Positions 19,197 to 30,082 of a stretch of DNA of 64,000 nucleotides are shown piece by piece. The stretch spans positions 3,200,001 through 3,264,000 of the forward strand of contig CAVYRF010000002.1 of NCBI GenBank assembly GCA_963770895.1, in the 5' to 3' direction. This DNA comes from an uncultured Acidobacteriota bacterium (GTDB lineage: Bacteria; Acidobacteriota; Thermoanaerobaculia; Multivoradales; UBA5704). The first letter of the stretch is position 1, and every line of letters starts with the position of its first letter. The notes beneath the pieces are model-generated. The model did no database searches and had not been told where the DNA came from. It saw only the letters and a program-made list of their open reading frames with translations. Both the position numbers and the translations under genes were made by a program.

Positions 19197-21068
19197 TCAG
19201 GGCGCTGCGGGCGCCGGCGGCTGGCGCGGCGCCAGGGGCAGGATGCGGCCTTCGTTGCCGGCGGGTTGCAGGATGCCCAGGATGTCGGCCAGGGTGGGCG
19301 CCAGGTCCAGGGTGGAGACGCGGGCGGAGATGCGGGCCGGGTGGATGCCGGAGCCGGCGAGCAGCAGCGGGACCTGGGTGTCGTAGGAGTAGGGGGAGCC
19401 GTGGGTGGTGCCCCGGCCCTTGCCGGGCATCCAGAAGGGATCGGTGATCAGCACCACGTCGCCGCTCACGGCGGGGTGAAAGCTGCGCTCGATGCGGGCG
19501 CCGACGTCGGTACGGGGCAGGCGGCCTTCCAGGATGCGGGTGCGGGTGTAGGCGGCATAGATGCCGGGCACCGCGGCGAGCGCGGTGGCGGCGACGTCCT
19601 CGGCCTGGGCGTGCTGGATCTTGTGGGCATCCAGGGCGGCCAGGTTGAGGTAGAAGTTGGATTCGACCAGGGCGGTCACCCAGTCGCCGGGACCGTAGGC
19701 GGCCTCCAGGGCGTGCGCCGCGGCGGTGCGCAGGGCTGCCTCGTCGATCAGGCCGGCAGGCATGTGGGCGTCGCGCAGCGCCCCGGGCAGCGGCGATACG
19801 CCGTGGTCGGCGCTTAGCGCGATGACCACGCGGTCCAGGCCGCCGGGCACGGTGCGGGCCAGAAAGTCGAAGAACTCAGCCAGCTGGCCGTCGGTGCGGA
19901 CCGCGGCGTCCAGCACCTCGGGGCTGTCGGGACCGTAGGCGTGGCCGATGTAGTCGTTGCTCGACAGGTTGATGGCCAGCAGGTCGGGGACGTCGTCGCG
20001 GCCCAGTTGCTCGTGCTCGATCAGATCGCGCGCCGTGCGCAGGACAAATTCGTTGCCGAACGGCGTGGTGGTGAAGGCGCCGTAAAACGCCTTTCCCGCC
20101 TTGGCCGCGCCGCCGTCGATGCGATGCGGGAAGTGGGTGCCCAGGTGATGGGGATCGCTGGCATGGGCGCCGTCGGAAGTCCACGCCCGCGCCAGGGCCT
20201 GGGGCGGCACCGAGGGCAGCCACTGCTTGCCGAACCAGGCGTCGATGCGGTGTTCGGCGTTGACCGCGGCGACCCACGCCGGCAGCGTGCCGTCGGGCCG
20301 GTAGAAGCGGCTGCTGATCCAGGCGCCGCTGTCTTCGTCCAGCCACAGCACGCCGTCCGCCAGGTGGCCCGCCATCAGCACCGCGGCGCGGTCCTTGAAG
20401 GCCAGCCCCCACACCTTGGCCCGCCCGCCGGTCGCCATCTTCAGCTCGTCGCCCACGGTGCTGACCAGGAGCGTCGCCGGCGACACGCCGGTGCGCTCGT
20501 CCGCTTTACCGGCCGCCGCCATGCCGCCACCGCCCGCCATGGCACTGCCCGGCGCGGGGCCGGCGGCCGTGCCGCCGCCCGGCGTGGCGCCGGCGCTTCC
20601 ACCGGGGGCCGCGCCGGGAAGCCCCACCAGCGGGCTCGCCGCGTCCTCGACGCAGTAGCGGGTCCGGCCCAGCGCGCGGTCGTACCACTCATTGCCGACG
20701 ATCCCCGACTTGTAGGGCGGCGCCCCGGTCAGCAGGATGGAGTGGCCGGGCCCGGTGTACAGCGGGAAGTGATCGTGGTGGGCGTCCGCAAACCAGGCGC
20801 CGCGTTCCATCAGGTAGCGGAACCCCCCCGGCTGGGCGTCCGTCCCCGCCGGCCGGTACAGATCGCCAAACCGCGTCAGGTAGTCGCCGCGGAACTGATC
20901 GATCGAAATCAGCACCACCAACCGCGGCCGCTCGCCCAATCCGCCGCCCGCGCCACCGCCTCCGGTGTCCCGTCCCAGCAGGGGCATCCCCAGCAGCGCC
21001 AGGCAGCCGACGATCACCGCCAGTGCCGCCATCCGCAACGCTTCCGACCGCCGCACCAACCTCTGCAT
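19197..21068 (-). CDS. Alkaline phosphatase superfamily protein (PafA/nucleotide pyrophosphatase type)
   Basis: ISIDQFRGDY, Thr nucleophile in YTGPGHS, SSNDYIGHAYGPDS, SADHG, THGSPYSYDTQVPL. Start taken at ATG 21068. Confidence 0.9.
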   Translation of the reverse strand: MQRLVRRSEALRMAALAVIVGCLALLGMPLLGRDTGGGGAGGGLGERPRLVVLISIDQFRGDYLTRFGDLYRPAGTDAQPGGFRYLMERGAWFADAHHDHFPLYTGPGHSILLTGAPPYKSGIVGNEWYDRALGRTRYCVEDAASPLVGLPGAAPGGSAGATPGGGTAAGPAPGSAMAGGGGMAAAGKADERTGVSPATLLVSTVGDELKMATGGRAKVWGLAFKDRAAVLMAGHLADGVLWLDEDSGAWISSRFYRPDGTLPAWVAAVNAEHRIDAWFGKQWLPSVPPQALARAWTSDGAHASDPHHLGTHFPHRIDGGAAKAGKAFYGAFTTTPFGNEFVLRTARDLIEHEQLGRDDVPDLLAINLSSNDYIGHAYGPDSPEVLDAAVRTDGQLAEFFDFLARTVPGGLDRVVIALSADHGVSPLPGALRDAHMPAGLIDEAALRTAAAHALEAAYGPGDWVTALVESNFYLNLAALDAHKIQHAQAEDVAATALAAVPGIYAAYTRTRILEGRLPRTDVGARIERSFHPAVSGDVVLITDPFWMPGKGRGTTHGSPYSYDTQVPLLLAGSGIHPARISARVSTLDLAPTLADILGILQPAGNEGRILPLAPRQPPAPAAP

Positions 21069-21144
21069 GCCGCTTCCCTCCAGCCGCTGCCGCCATACCC
21101 GCGGTGCCGGAAAGCCTACCACCCTGGTTGCCTGGGTTGGGGGG

Positions 21145-21837
21145 CTAGCCGGCGGGGGCGCCGGGGAGGGTTTTGCCGCGCACGGTGAGCAGGAAGTCGT
21201 CCAGGGTTTTGCCGGGTTCGGGCGCGAAGGTGTCTGCGGTGATCTCCAGGTCGGCGATGCGGTCCAGACGGAAGCTGCGGAAGTCGTTGCGGGTTTCGCA
21301 CCAGGCGACCTGGGTCCAGACGGCTCCCCAGTAGAAGAGGCCGAGCGGCCGCACGGTGCGCTGGGAGGGGGCGCCGTCCTGGCGCTGGTAGCGGAAGCGG
21401 GTCTTGCGCCGTTCCAGGGTGGCGCGGCGCAGCAGGCCGACCAGGCGGACCGGGTAGGGGTGCAGCTGCGGCGCGAAGAGCGCTTCGCCGGGATCGTCCA
21501 GCTCGGCGGGAAGGACGGCTTCGATCTTGCGCAGCGCGTTGCCGGCGGCCTGCGACAGGTCGGGATCGGCCCAGGAGCGGACCATCCGGGCGCCCAGGCG
21601 CAGGGCCTGCAGCTCTTCACGGTCGAACATCAGCGGTGGCAGCTCGAAGCCGCGGCGCATGCGGTAGCCGACGCCCGCGGCGCTCTCGATGGGCAGGCCG
21701 CAGGCGGAAAGCTCCTGCACGTCGCGGTAGATGGTGCGCTCCGACACCTCCAGCGCCTGCGCCATGTCCCGAGCGGTCGAGACGCGGCGCCGGCGCAGAT
21801 ACAGGACGATCTGAAACAGCCGGTCCGCCCGCCGCAT
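21145..21837 (-). CDS. yafY: YafY-family HTH-WYL transcriptional regulator
   Basis: MRRADRLFQIV...VSERTIYRD HTH, LPPLMF, and WYL domain RTVRPLGL...AWCETRNDFRSFRLDRI. Confidence 0.92.
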   Translation of the reverse strand: MRRADRLFQIVLYLRRRRVSTARDMAQALEVSERTIYRDVQELSACGLPIESAAGVGYRMRRGFELPPLMFDREELQALRLGARMVRSWADPDLSQAAGNALRKIEAVLPAELDDPGEALFAPQLHPYPVRLVGLLRRATLERRKTRFRYQRQDGAPSQRTVRPLGLFYWGAVWTQVAWCETRNDFRSFRLDRIADLEITADTFAPEPGKTLDDFLLTVRGKTLPGAPAG

Positions 21838-21926
21838 GGGGTTAGCTTAGTGCCTGGCGCGGCCGGACTGGTACCAGCCAGGGTCACTACACGCCGCTTT
21901 GCCCATGGGCGGGATGCCGGCATCTC

Positions 21927-22301
21927 CTACTGTGGCGAGTGGAGCCCGACGCGGTTGCCCTCGGGGTCGTCGAAATAGGCGATCGACCCGATCTGGTCCG
22001 ACAGCTTGATCTTGTCGCCGACCAGCTGGCCGCCCGCCGCCGTCACCCGCGCCATCGCTCCGTCCAGGTCGCCGCCGGCATCCAGGTAGACGACGATGCC
22101 CTGGGTGCTGGGCACGTACCGGTCGGCGCGCACCAGGGCGCCGCCGACGCCGCTGCCCTGGGTGTATGGCAGGACCGCCATGTCTACGCCGGCGACCGTG
22201 CCGCGCCGCAGCTCGCCATTGAGCACGGCGCCATAAAAGCGCTCGGCGCGGGACAGGTCGGTCACCGGGATCTCGAACCAGTTGAGGGCATTGTTGGTCA
22301 T
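21927..22301 (-). CDS. VOC/glyoxalase family protein
   Basis: NWFEIPVTDLSRAERFY...DPEGNRVGL. Confidence 0.9.
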   Translation of the reverse strand: MTNNALNWFEIPVTDLSRAERFYGAVLNGELRRGTVAGVDMAVLPYTQGSGVGGALVRADRYVPSTQGIVVYLDAGGDLDGAMARVTAAGGQLVGDKIKLSDQIGSIAYFDDPEGNRVGLHSPQ

Positions 22302-22369
22302 GATCTTCTCCTTTGGGTTGGCATCGATCGGCGGCAGCGCCGCCCGATGGGAGAGATCCTGACCGGGTG

Positions 22370-22393
22370 CTCCTGACAGCGTCCTGTCAGGAG
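22370..22393. promoter_or_regulatory. Perfect inverted repeat, putative YafY/WYL operator
   Basis: CTCCTGACAG-cgtc-CTGTCAGGAG, about 70 bp upstream of the VOC-yafY pair. Confidence 0.75.
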
Positions 22394-22400
22394 AGTTGGC

Positions 22401-23102
22401 TCAACCGACGATCTGTCGGTAGCAGTGGAGCATCGACGGCAGCGGCTCCTGCCACAGCCAGCCGACGTCGATCCAGAAGCCGGCCATCACCGCCGAGTCC
22501 AGGCGGCCCGCGGTCAGCGTCCGCGTCTGGTAGGCGCTGTCGGCGTCGGCGAGGGCATCGGCGGGGGAGTCGGTGTCGAAGCTGAAGTCGCCCGGGGCGT
22601 CGGAGCTGGTGGGGACGCCAAGCTCGGCAGGGAGGCCCGGCAGGAGTGTATGCACCTGCACCGAGCGGGAGAACGAATCGATCAGCCAGATCTCAGGGAC
22701 CCTTGCCTGCCGATACCGGGGCAGCTTGCGGCGCACGTCCGTGCGCGGGCGGCCGCCGGAGAGCTCGATCACCAGGTCGGCCGGTCCCTCCATGCGCTGC
22801 GGACCCATGAGATGACGGCGGTCCTGCCGCACCCACATCACGTCCGGTTCGGGCGACCACCGCGGGTCGAGGCGCATCGGGTAGCGCCCGCCCACGGCCA
22901 TGCCGCCTCCCCGTTCGCCCACGAACGCTTGCATCAACCCGCTGAGAAGGGCGAGACGCGATTCGTGCCAGAACGAGGCTGGCTCGCTGACCAGGTCCCC
23001 GCCCAGCAGCTGCCAGGGACTGTCTTCGCCGAGCGCGTAGTAGGTCTCTTCCGTGACGTTGCGGATGATGGCTGGTCGTGGTGCTCTTGCTGTCTGACGC
23101 AT
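22401..23102 (-). CDS. Uma2-family (PD-(D/E)xK) endonuclease
   Basis: SPEPDVMWV, GPADLVIELS, KLPRYRQARVPEIWLID, SAVMAGFWIDVGWLW. Confidence 0.85.
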   Translation of the reverse strand: MRQTARAPRPAIIRNVTEETYYALGEDSPWQLLGGDLVSEPASFWHESRLALLSGLMQAFVGERGGGMAVGGRYPMRLDPRWSPEPDVMWVRQDRRHLMGPQRMEGPADLVIELSGGRPRTDVRRKLPRYRQARVPEIWLIDSFSRSVQVHTLLPGLPAELGVPTSSDAPGDFSFDTDSPADALADADSAYQTRTLTAGRLDSAVMAGFWIDVGWLWQEPLPSMLHCYRQIVG

Positions 23103-23212
23103 CTTCGCAAAATATCACCGCTCGCCTATGCCCGCCATCCCTATACGCCACCGCGGGGAAGGGCACCGGTGGCGCCTGCTGGGGGGCGGGGCCAGCGGGG
23201 CCAGCCGGGCGG

Positions 23213-24079
23213 CTAGCCGAAGCGGCCGGTGATGTAGTCTTCGGTCTGCTTCTTGGCGGGGCGGGTGATCATGGTCTTGGAGTCGTTGAACTCAACCAGT
23301 TCGCCCAGGTACAAGAGCGCGATGTAGTCGGCCACTCGCGCCGCCTGTTGCAGGTTGTGGGTGACGATCGCCACGGTGTAGTCCTCGACCAGCTCCTGGA
23401 TGAGCTCTTCGATGGCCGCGGTCGAAATCGGGTCGAGCGCCGAGGTCGGTTCGTCCATCAGCAGCACTTCGGGCTTGACCGCGATGGCGCGCGCGATGCA
23501 CAGGCGCTGCTGCTGGCCGCCCGAAAGGCCGCGGCCGCTCTGCTTGAGCTTGTCTTTCACTTCGTCCCACAGCGCCGCCTTGCGCAACGCCCATTCCACC
23601 CGCTCGTCCATCTCGGGTCCGCGCAGCCGCTCGTACAGACGCACGCCGAAGGCGATGTTTTCGTGGATCGACATCGGGAACGGCGTCGGCATCTGGAACA
23701 CCATGCCGACGCGTTTGCGCAGCAGGTTGAGGTCGACGCCCGGATCGAGCAGGTTCATGCCGTCGAGCATCACGCGGCCTTCGGCCCGCTGCTTGGGGTA
23801 GAGCTGGTACATGCGGTTGAACATCCGCAGCAGGGTCGACTTGCCGCAGCCCGAGGGGCCGATGAACGCGGTGACGCGGTTGCCGTAGATCTTGAGGTCG
23901 ATGCCCTTCAAGGCGTGCGTCTTGCCGTAGTAGAAGTGGGCGTTCTGCACGTCGATCTTGGTTTCGGGAGCTTCGGTCGCGTCGGCCAGGTCGACGGCCA
24001 TCGCCGGCAGGCCGAGAGGCGCGCGCTCGGTTGCGGGCGACGGCGCGGTTGCGACCTGGGGAGTGTCTGAGACCATCAT
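23213..24079 (-). CDS. pstB: Phosphate ABC transporter ATP-binding protein
   Basis: [45 protein letters not shown]. Confidence 0.97.
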   Translation of the reverse strand: MMVSDTPQVATAPSPATERAPLGLPAMAVDLADATEAPETKIDVQNAHFYYGKTHALKGIDLKIYGNRVTAFIGPSGCGKSTLLRMFNRMYQLYPKQRAEGRVMLDGMNLLDPGVDLNLLRKRVGMVFQMPTPFPMSIHENIAFGVRLYERLRGPEMDERVEWALRKAALWDEVKDKLKQSGRGLSGGQQQRLCIARAIAVKPEVLLMDEPTSALDPISTAAIEELIQELVEDYTVAIVTHNLQQAARVADYIALLYLGELVEFNDSKTMITRPAKKQTEDYITGRFG

Positions 24080-24086
24080 CGGTTGT

Positions 24087-25028
24087 CTACCCCGCTTTCT
24101 GCTGCCGAAAAACGATGCGTGCCACGATATTGAGCAGCAGCACGCTCAGGGTGATCAGCAAGGACGCCGCCCACGCGAGCTTCTGCCAGTCTTCGTACGG
24201 GCTCATGGCAAACTGAAAGATCACGTAGGGGAGGTTGGCGATCGGCGCGTTGAGGTTGGAGCTCCAGAACTGATTGTTGAGCGCGGTCCACAACAGCGGC
24301 GCGCTTTCGCCGCTGATGCGGGCGATCGCCAGCAGGATGCCGGTGATGATGCCGGAGCGGGCGGCGCGAAAGACGATCAGCATCACGATTTTCCACTGCG
24401 GCGCGCCCAGCGCCGCCGCCGCTTCGCGCAGGCTCACCGGCACCAGGGACAGCATGTTCTCGGTGGTGCGGACGATGATCGGCACGGCGATGGTGGCCAG
24501 CGCCATCGCGCCGGCCCAGCCCGAGAAGTGCCCCATCCTGGCCACCATCACCGTGTAGATGAACAGCCCGATGATGATCGACGGCGCCGACAGCAGGATG
24601 TCGTTGATGAAGCGTGTCACCTGGGCAAACCACCGCAGCTTGCCGAATTCCGACAGCCAGGTGCCCGCCAGGATGCCGACGGGGGCGCCGACCGCGATGC
24701 CGATGACGGTCATCAGCAGGCTGCCGAAGATGGCGTTGGCCAACCCGCCGGCGCTGCCGGGCGGCGGCGTCGACTGCAGGAACACCACCGGCCGCAACGC
24801 CGTCAGGCCGCGCGCCGCGAGCGTCCACAGGATCCAGCCCAGGAACAGCAACCCGATCGCCATGGTCGCCGTCGAAACGGCCAGCGCCGCCAGGTTCACG
24901 ATGCGCCGCCGGCGATAGATGGCGCTCGAAACGACCGGCACGTAGGGCGGCGGCGCGGTGTGTCCGCCGCCCGTCGCGGGCGAATCCGCCAGCCGCGACG
25001 GCGGCGCCGAGGCACGCGGCTCGGCCAT
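24087..25028 (-). CDS. pstA: Phosphate ABC transporter permease PstA
   Basis: [45 protein letters not shown] overlaps the pstC stop. Confidence 0.95.
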   Translation of the reverse strand: MAEPRASAPPSRLADSPATGGGHTAPPPYVPVVSSAIYRRRRIVNLAALAVSTATMAIGLLFLGWILWTLAARGLTALRPVVFLQSTPPPGSAGGLANAIFGSLLMTVIGIAVGAPVGILAGTWLSEFGKLRWFAQVTRFINDILLSAPSIIIGLFIYTVMVARMGHFSGWAGAMALATIAVPIIVRTTENMLSLVPVSLREAAAALGAPQWKIVMLIVFRAARSGIITGILLAIARISGESAPLLWTALNNQFWSSNLNAPIANLPYVIFQFAMSPYEDWQKLAWAASLLITLSVLLLNIVARIVFRQQKAG

Positions 25029-26068
25029 CAGCTGGGCCTCCCTTCCATGCGTTGCAGCCGCAGCAGCAGGAGCTTCGAGCAAGCCAGCACGATGAACGTG
25101 ATGATGAACAGCAGCAGGCCCTGGGTGATGAGCGCCGAGGTGTAGGTGGCGCCGACCGCTTCCGCGAACTCGTTGGCGAGGTTGGACGAAATGGTGTTGC
25201 CAGGCATGAACAGCGAACCGGACAGGTCGTGGGCGTTGCCGATGACGAAGGTGACCGCCATGGTTTCACCGAGCGCGCGGCCGAGCCCCAGCATGATGCC
25301 ACCGGCCACGCCGACGCGGGTGTAGGGCAGCACGATGCGCCACACCACCTCCCAGGTGGTGGCGCCCACGGCGTAGGTCGATTCCTTGAGGATCGCCGGC
25401 ACCGTTTCGAAGACGTCGCGCATGACCGAGGCGATGAACGGGATGACCATGATCGCCAGGATGAGGCCGGCGGTGAACACGCCGATGCCGAGCGGCGGCC
25501 CCTGGAAAAGGTCCCCCACCAGCGGCCAGCCGCCGAAGTGGTCGGTGATCCACGGCTGCACGTTTTCGGCGAGCAGCGGCGCCAGCACGAACAGACCCCA
25601 CATGCCGTAGATGATGCTGGGGATGGCCGCCAGCAGCTCGATGGCGGTCGAGAGCGGCCGCTTGAGCCAGGGCGGGCACAGCTCGGTGATGAACAGAGCG
25701 ATGCCGAAGCTGACCGGGATGCCGATCACCATGGCGATGGCGGAGGTCACCAGCGTGCCATAGATGGCGACCAGGGCGCCGAACTGGTTGGTGACCGGGT
25801 TCCATTCCTTGCTGGTGGCAAAGCCCCAGAAGCCGAAGCGGGCCAGCGCCGGCCGGCTTCCCAGGTAGAGAGACAGCAGGATCCCTGCCAGCAGCGCGAA
25901 GACGACGAAGGCGAAACCGAAGGTGGCGCGGCGGAACAGGCTGTCGGCGAGGCGTTGACCGCGGGCCCGGTTGGCCACCAGGCCGGCGGTCTGTACGTCG
26001 CCGCTCGCCGGCGCGGAGGGATCCGGCGCCGGCGAGCTGGCAGGTGAATCGTTACGAGATGAGCTCAT
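25028..26068 (-). CDS. pstC: Phosphate ABC transporter permease PstC
   Basis: [15 protein letters not shown] and [18 protein letters not shown]. Confidence 0.96.
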   Translation of the reverse strand: MSSSRNDSPASSPAPDPSAPASGDVQTAGLVANRARGQRLADSLFRRATFGFAFVVFALLAGILLSLYLGSRPALARFGFWGFATSKEWNPVTNQFGALVAIYGTLVTSAIAMVIGIPVSFGIALFITELCPPWLKRPLSTAIELLAAIPSIIYGMWGLFVLAPLLAENVQPWITDHFGGWPLVGDLFQGPPLGIGVFTAGLILAIMVIPFIASVMRDVFETVPAILKESTYAVGATTWEVVWRIVLPYTRVGVAGGIMLGLGRALGETMAVTFVIGNAHDLSGSLFMPGNTISSNLANEFAEAVGATYTSALITQGLLLFIITFIVLACSKLLLLRLQRMEGRPS

Positions 26069-26126
26069 CCAGTGGTTTTGCGTAGCGAGCTGAGCAGTCG
26101 CGGCGACCGGACCCTTGACCGGCGGC

Positions 26127-27245
26127 TCACTGACCCGTCCAGACCGGCTGGCCGCCGGCCTTGATCTGGGTCCGCCAGCTATCCTCCACCAGCTTTATCA
26201 CACTGTCGGGCAACGGCACATAGTCGAGCTGGGCCGCCATCGGGCCGCCGTTGTGGAACGCCCAGTTGAAAAACTGCAGCACGGCGCGGCCGTTTTCCGC
26301 CTTCACCTGGTTCTTGTACATGAGGATGAAGCTGGCGCCGGTGATCGGCCAGGACTGCGCTCCCGACTGGTTGGTCAGCAGCAGGTAGAAGCCGGGCGCC
26401 TTCGCCCAATCCGCGCTGGCTGCCGCGGCCTGGAAGGCTGCGGTCGTCGGCTCCACGAAGTTGCCCGCCTTGTTTTGCAGCTGCACATGGGCCAGCTTGT
26501 TCTGCAAGGCGTACGCGTACTCGACGTAGCCGATGGCGCCGTTGATGCGGCTGGCGTAGGAAGCGACTCCTTCGTTGCCCTTGCCGCCGACGCCGACCGG
26601 CCACGCCACCGAGGCGTCTTCGCCCACCTTCGACTTCCACTGCGGGCTGACCTCGGACAGGTAGTGGGTGAAGATGAACGTGGTGCCCGAGCCGTCGGAG
26701 CGGTGGACCACCGAGATGGCGCGGTCGGGCAGGGGGAGGCCGGGGTTGAGGGCCTTGATCGCCGGGTCGTTCCAGTTCTTGATCGCACCCAGGTAGATGT
26801 TGGCGAGCACCGTGCCGCTCAGCTTGAGCTTGCCGGCGCCGATCCCCTGCACGTTGACCACCGGCACCACGCCGCCCATGATCACCGGGAACTGCACCAG
26901 GCCGTTGGCATCCAGGTCCTTGGGCTCAAGCGGCTTGTCGGTGGCGCCGAAATCGACGGTCTTGGCTTCGATCTGCTTGATCCCGCCGCCCGAGCCGATC
27001 GACTGGTAGTTGAGCGCGACGCCCGACTTCTGCTTGTAGGCTTCCGCCCACTTGGCGTAAATCGGATAGGGGAAGGTCGCACCCGCGCCGGCGATATCCA
27101 CCGCGGCGGCGGGCGCGGCGGAGGCGACCGCCAGCGTTGCCGCCATCCCGACCGTCGCCAGCGCGCCGGTCGCCATCACTGCCGTGGCTGACACCCATGT
27201 CCCAAGCCGGACCGCAGTCCGCCTACAACCAGCCATGTAATTCAT
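26127..27245 (-). CDS. pstS: Phosphate ABC transporter substrate-binding protein
   Basis: [42 protein letters not shown]. Confidence 0.96.
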   Translation of the reverse strand: MNYMAGCRRTAVRLGTWVSATAVMATGALATVGMAATLAVASAAPAAAVDIAGAGATFPYPIYAKWAEAYKQKSGVALNYQSIGSGGGIKQIEAKTVDFGATDKPLEPKDLDANGLVQFPVIMGGVVPVVNVQGIGAGKLKLSGTVLANIYLGAIKNWNDPAIKALNPGLPLPDRAISVVHRSDGSGTTFIFTHYLSEVSPQWKSKVGEDASVAWPVGVGGKGNEGVASYASRINGAIGYVEYAYALQNKLAHVQLQNKAGNFVEPTTAAFQAAAASADWAKAPGFYLLLTNQSGAQSWPITGASFILMYKNQVKAENGRAVLQFFNWAFHNGGPMAAQLDYVPLPDSVIKLVEDSWRTQIKAGGQPVWTGQ

Positions 27246-27328
27246 CGCAAGGTTCCTTTCAGGGATTCACGCGTCGTATTCGAGGGTGCCGCCATTGTCC
27301 GCATCGCGGATGGCAGCAGCAGGTCCGG

Positions 27329-27356
27329 AATGTGACAGAAATGTTACAGGAATGCC
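27329..27356 (-). promoter_or_regulatory. PHO box upstream of pstS
   Basis: Minus strand CTGTAACATTT-CTGTCACATT with an 11-bp period, plus a third degenerate unit. Confidence 0.85.
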
Positions 27357-27478
27357 GCGGAGATAAGGCGGCGGGTCGCGCGCCGCGATGTGGCAACGGC
27401 GACCCGCCGGCATCACGGCGGAGCCCCGTCCCTGCTGGCGCAAGGCTTGGCGCGGCCGCCGGCGCGCTGCCTTTGGGC

Positions 27479-27511
27479 CGTCACACCACTGTTCCACATC
27501 TGTCACGTTTT
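27479..27511 (+). promoter_or_regulatory. PHO box upstream of the first porin
   Basis: cGTCACaccac/tGTTCCacatc/tGTCACgtttt, three units at exact 11-bp spacing. Confidence 0.7.
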
Positions 27512-27643
27512 GGCTCACCGCGCTCCTTGCGTGGCCTCTTTCGCTCGACTACTGTAGCGGCCGATCGAATACAACGCAGCAAGTCGATCCCGGTTTCACC
27601 CAACACGCCTGTGCCATCAGGCAGGATGAGAAAGGATAGAGTT

Positions 27644-28747
27644 ATGCTGAGAGGCGTTTCGCACTATGTGAGGAGAGGGGCACTGTTGGCACTTCCACTG
27701 CTGGCGGTGTTGGCCGGCCGTCAGGCGGCAGCCCAGCTGCTGGTCACCTCGGCGGACGGCAATGTGACCTACCGGCTGGGCATCCTGGCCCAGGTCCAGG
27801 GCCAGGCCGAAGAGAACGCGGCGGCCAACAGCGGCACCGCCCAGCAGATCGGCTACTTCCGCCGCCTGCGCCTCCAGGGCGAGTTCACCTTTTACAAGAA
27901 CCTGGTGGTGTTTTTCGAAACGGACGATCCCAACTACGGCAAGGGCAACGCCGACGGTACCAAGAACCAGCCCAGCATCTTCATGCAGACGGTCTATGTG
28001 ACCTACCAGTTCGCCCCTGAGTTCATGCTCGACGGCGGCGAGCTGCTGGAGATGAACAGCTACAACCACCTGCAGTCGGCGGCTTCGATCATGCCGATCG
28101 ACCTGTCGCCCTACACCAACACCGACAGCACCCCGCTCACCGGCAACAACGGCCGGGACTACGGCCTGGAAGCCCGCGGCTACATCGCCGACCACCTGGA
28201 GTACCGCGCCGGTGTGTTCCAGGGCCTGCGCGGCGTCGACGACATCAATTCGTTCCGCTACAGCGCCCGCCTTTCCTACTACTTCGTCGGCATCGAGACC
28301 ACGCGCTTCTATCGCGGCACGTCGCTGGGCAAAACCCAGACGCTGGAAATCGGCGGCAGCTACGACGCGCAAAAGACCTACAAGAGCTACGACGCCGACT
28401 TCTTCTGGGACCAGCCGACCGGCGGCGGCAACGGCCTGACGGCGCAGCTTGACTACGGTTGGTGGAACGGTGGCAGCTTCGTCGTCGCCATCCCCAAGCA
28501 GACCACGCTCAACGCCGAGCTGGGCTACTACATCGACGCCATCAAGACGCAGCCGTTCGCGCAGTATGTCCGTGAGCAGTACGCCTCCGGCGTCACCGCG
28601 CCCGACCAGAAGCAGTGGCAGGTCGGTCTGGGCTGGTACTTCCACGGCTACCAGTCCAACTTCAAGGTCGGCTACGGCATGGTGGACGTGGCCAACGTCC
28701 GCAACCGCAGCAACTTCCTCGCGCAGTACCAGTTCTCGGGCTTCTGA
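27644..28747 (+). CDS. OprO/OprP-like (phosphate-selective) porin, paralog 1
   Basis: AAAGGA RBS, signal peptide, FRRLRL and GRDYG motifs, C-terminal QYQFSGF barrel signature. Divergent from pstS. Confidence 0.75.
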   Translation: MLRGVSHYVRRGALLALPLLAVLAGRQAAAQLLVTSADGNVTYRLGILAQVQGQAEENAAANSGTAQQIGYFRRLRLQGEFTFYKNLVVFFETDDPNYGKGNADGTKNQPSIFMQTVYVTYQFAPEFMLDGGELLEMNSYNHLQSAASIMPIDLSPYTNTDSTPLTGNNGRDYGLEARGYIADHLEYRAGVFQGLRGVDDINSFRYSARLSYYFVGIETTRFYRGTSLGKTQTLEIGGSYDAQKTYKSYDADFFWDQPTGGGNGLTAQLDYGWWNGGSFVVAIPKQTTLNAELGYYIDAIKTQPFAQYVREQYASGVTAPDQKQWQVGLGWYFHGYQSNFKVGYGMVDVANVRNRSNFLAQYQFSGF

Positions 28748-28775
28748 ACCCGGACTTCCCAGGACGTCTCTCCTG

Positions 28776-28822
28776 ACGCCGGCAGGCGCCCCGCACCGAG
28801 CGGGGTTGCCTGCCGGCGTTTT
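28776..28822 (+). terminator. Probable intrinsic terminator between the two porin genes
   Basis: ACGCCGGCAGGC...GCCTGCCGGCGT stem with an inner GCCCCGC/GCGGGGT stem, followed by TTT. Confidence 0.65.
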
Positions 28823-28881
28823 GCTTGTGCTATTGTTGACCAAGAAGGTCATCTTTAAACTGCGAGAGGGGAACACTACCG

Positions 28882-29976
28882 ATGGGGAGACACCGGTCGC
28901 ACCCAGTTGCACTCGTTTTGCCTGCCGTCGCCGCCCTGACCCTGGCGGTCATGTCGCAGCGCCCCGCCGCGGCGCAGCTGGTCATCGCCTCGGCGGACGG
29001 CGGCACCAGTTTCAAGCTGGGCACCATCGTGCAGATCCAGGGCGAGGACCTGAGCACCGGCTCCTACAGCTCCGACAACCTGTTCTTCCGCCGCGTCCGC
29101 CTGGAGGGTCTGTTCAACACCGGCGACCTGTCCGTCTACTTCGAGACCGATTCCGGCACCCTGGGCAAGGCAGCCCTCAACGGCACCAAGGCCAGCTCGA
29201 CGGCGATCGATTTTCTGGACTTCGCCCTGACCTATTCGTTCGCCAAGGAGTTCATGCTGGACGGCGGCCTGATCCGCCTGGCGCCCAACTACGACCACAA
29301 CATCTCGGCCAATTCCACGATGGCCATGGACATCAGCCCCTACGCCTACGTCGAGAGCACGCCGCTGACCACCAACAGCGGCCGCGATTACGGCGTCCAG
29401 GCGCGGGGCTACTTCGACGATCACCTGGAGTACCGCATGGGGGTGTTCCAGGGGCTGCGCGGCCAGGACGACGTGAACGACTTCCGCTACAGCGGCCGCC
29501 TGGCGTGGTACTTCTTCGGTCCGGAAGAGACCCTTTCCTACCGTGGCACGTCGCTCGGCAAGATCCAGACGCTCGAGATCGGCACCGCCTTCGATACCCA
29601 GAAGAGCTACCACAACTACAACGTCGACCTGTTCTACGACCAGCCGCTCAACGGCGGCGACGGCCTGACGCTGCAATTTGACGACAGCTGGTACAACGCC
29701 AACGACTTCCTGCCGACGTTGCCCAAGCAGACCACCATGCTGGCCGAGATCGGCTATTACTTCCACGCGATCAAGCTGCAGCCGTTTTTCCAATACAGCC
29801 GCGAGAAGTTCGGCGCCTTTGTCGACCAGCCGAGCGAAGAGCGCTACCAGGTGGGCGCCGGCTACTACTTCCACGGTCAGAACTCCAACCTCAAGTTCGC
29901 CTGCACCTTCATCGACCACCAGGGGATCGCGCAGCAGAAGGACTACGTGCTGCAGTATCAGTTCTACGTGTTCTAG
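28882..29976 (+). CDS. OprO/OprP-like porin, paralog 2
   Basis: Co-linear with paralog 1 (FRRVRL, STPLT..GRDYG, DHLEYR.GVFQGLRG, YRGTSLGK). Ends QYQFYVF. Confidence 0.75.
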   Translation: MGRHRSHPVALVLPAVAALTLAVMSQRPAAAQLVIASADGGTSFKLGTIVQIQGEDLSTGSYSSDNLFFRRVRLEGLFNTGDLSVYFETDSGTLGKAALNGTKASSTAIDFLDFALTYSFAKEFMLDGGLIRLAPNYDHNISANSTMAMDISPYAYVESTPLTTNSGRDYGVQARGYFDDHLEYRMGVFQGLRGQDDVNDFRYSGRLAWYFFGPEETLSYRGTSLGKIQTLEIGTAFDTQKSYHNYNVDLFYDQPLNGGDGLTLQFDDSWYNANDFLPTLPKQTTMLAEIGYYFHAIKLQPFFQYSREKFGAFVDQPSEERYQVGAGYYFHGQNSNLKFACTFIDHQGIAQQKDYVLQYQFYVF

Positions 29977-30082
29977 CAGGTCCGGCGGTTGCCGGCGCGC
30001 GGTCTTCCGCGGGGTGGGGGGGACGGGGGGCGCCGGGTGGTGGCAGGGGAGCCGGGGCGCGGTCCGGGGTGCGGGGCGGCGG

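Noticed and set aside
19197-21620. 807-aa extended alkaline phosphatase ORF
   Set aside because: The extension overlaps yafY in another frame. The signal peptide begins near ATG 21068.
21145-23102. Anti-phage defence island (WYL + Uma2)
   Set aside because: The WYL is the short YafY type paired with a VOC gene, Uma2 genes are commonly scattered, and no other defence genes are present.
29977-30082. G-rich spacer between convergent porin and tolC genes as an ncRNA
   Set aside because: It is short and low-complexity, with no consistent stem or known motif.
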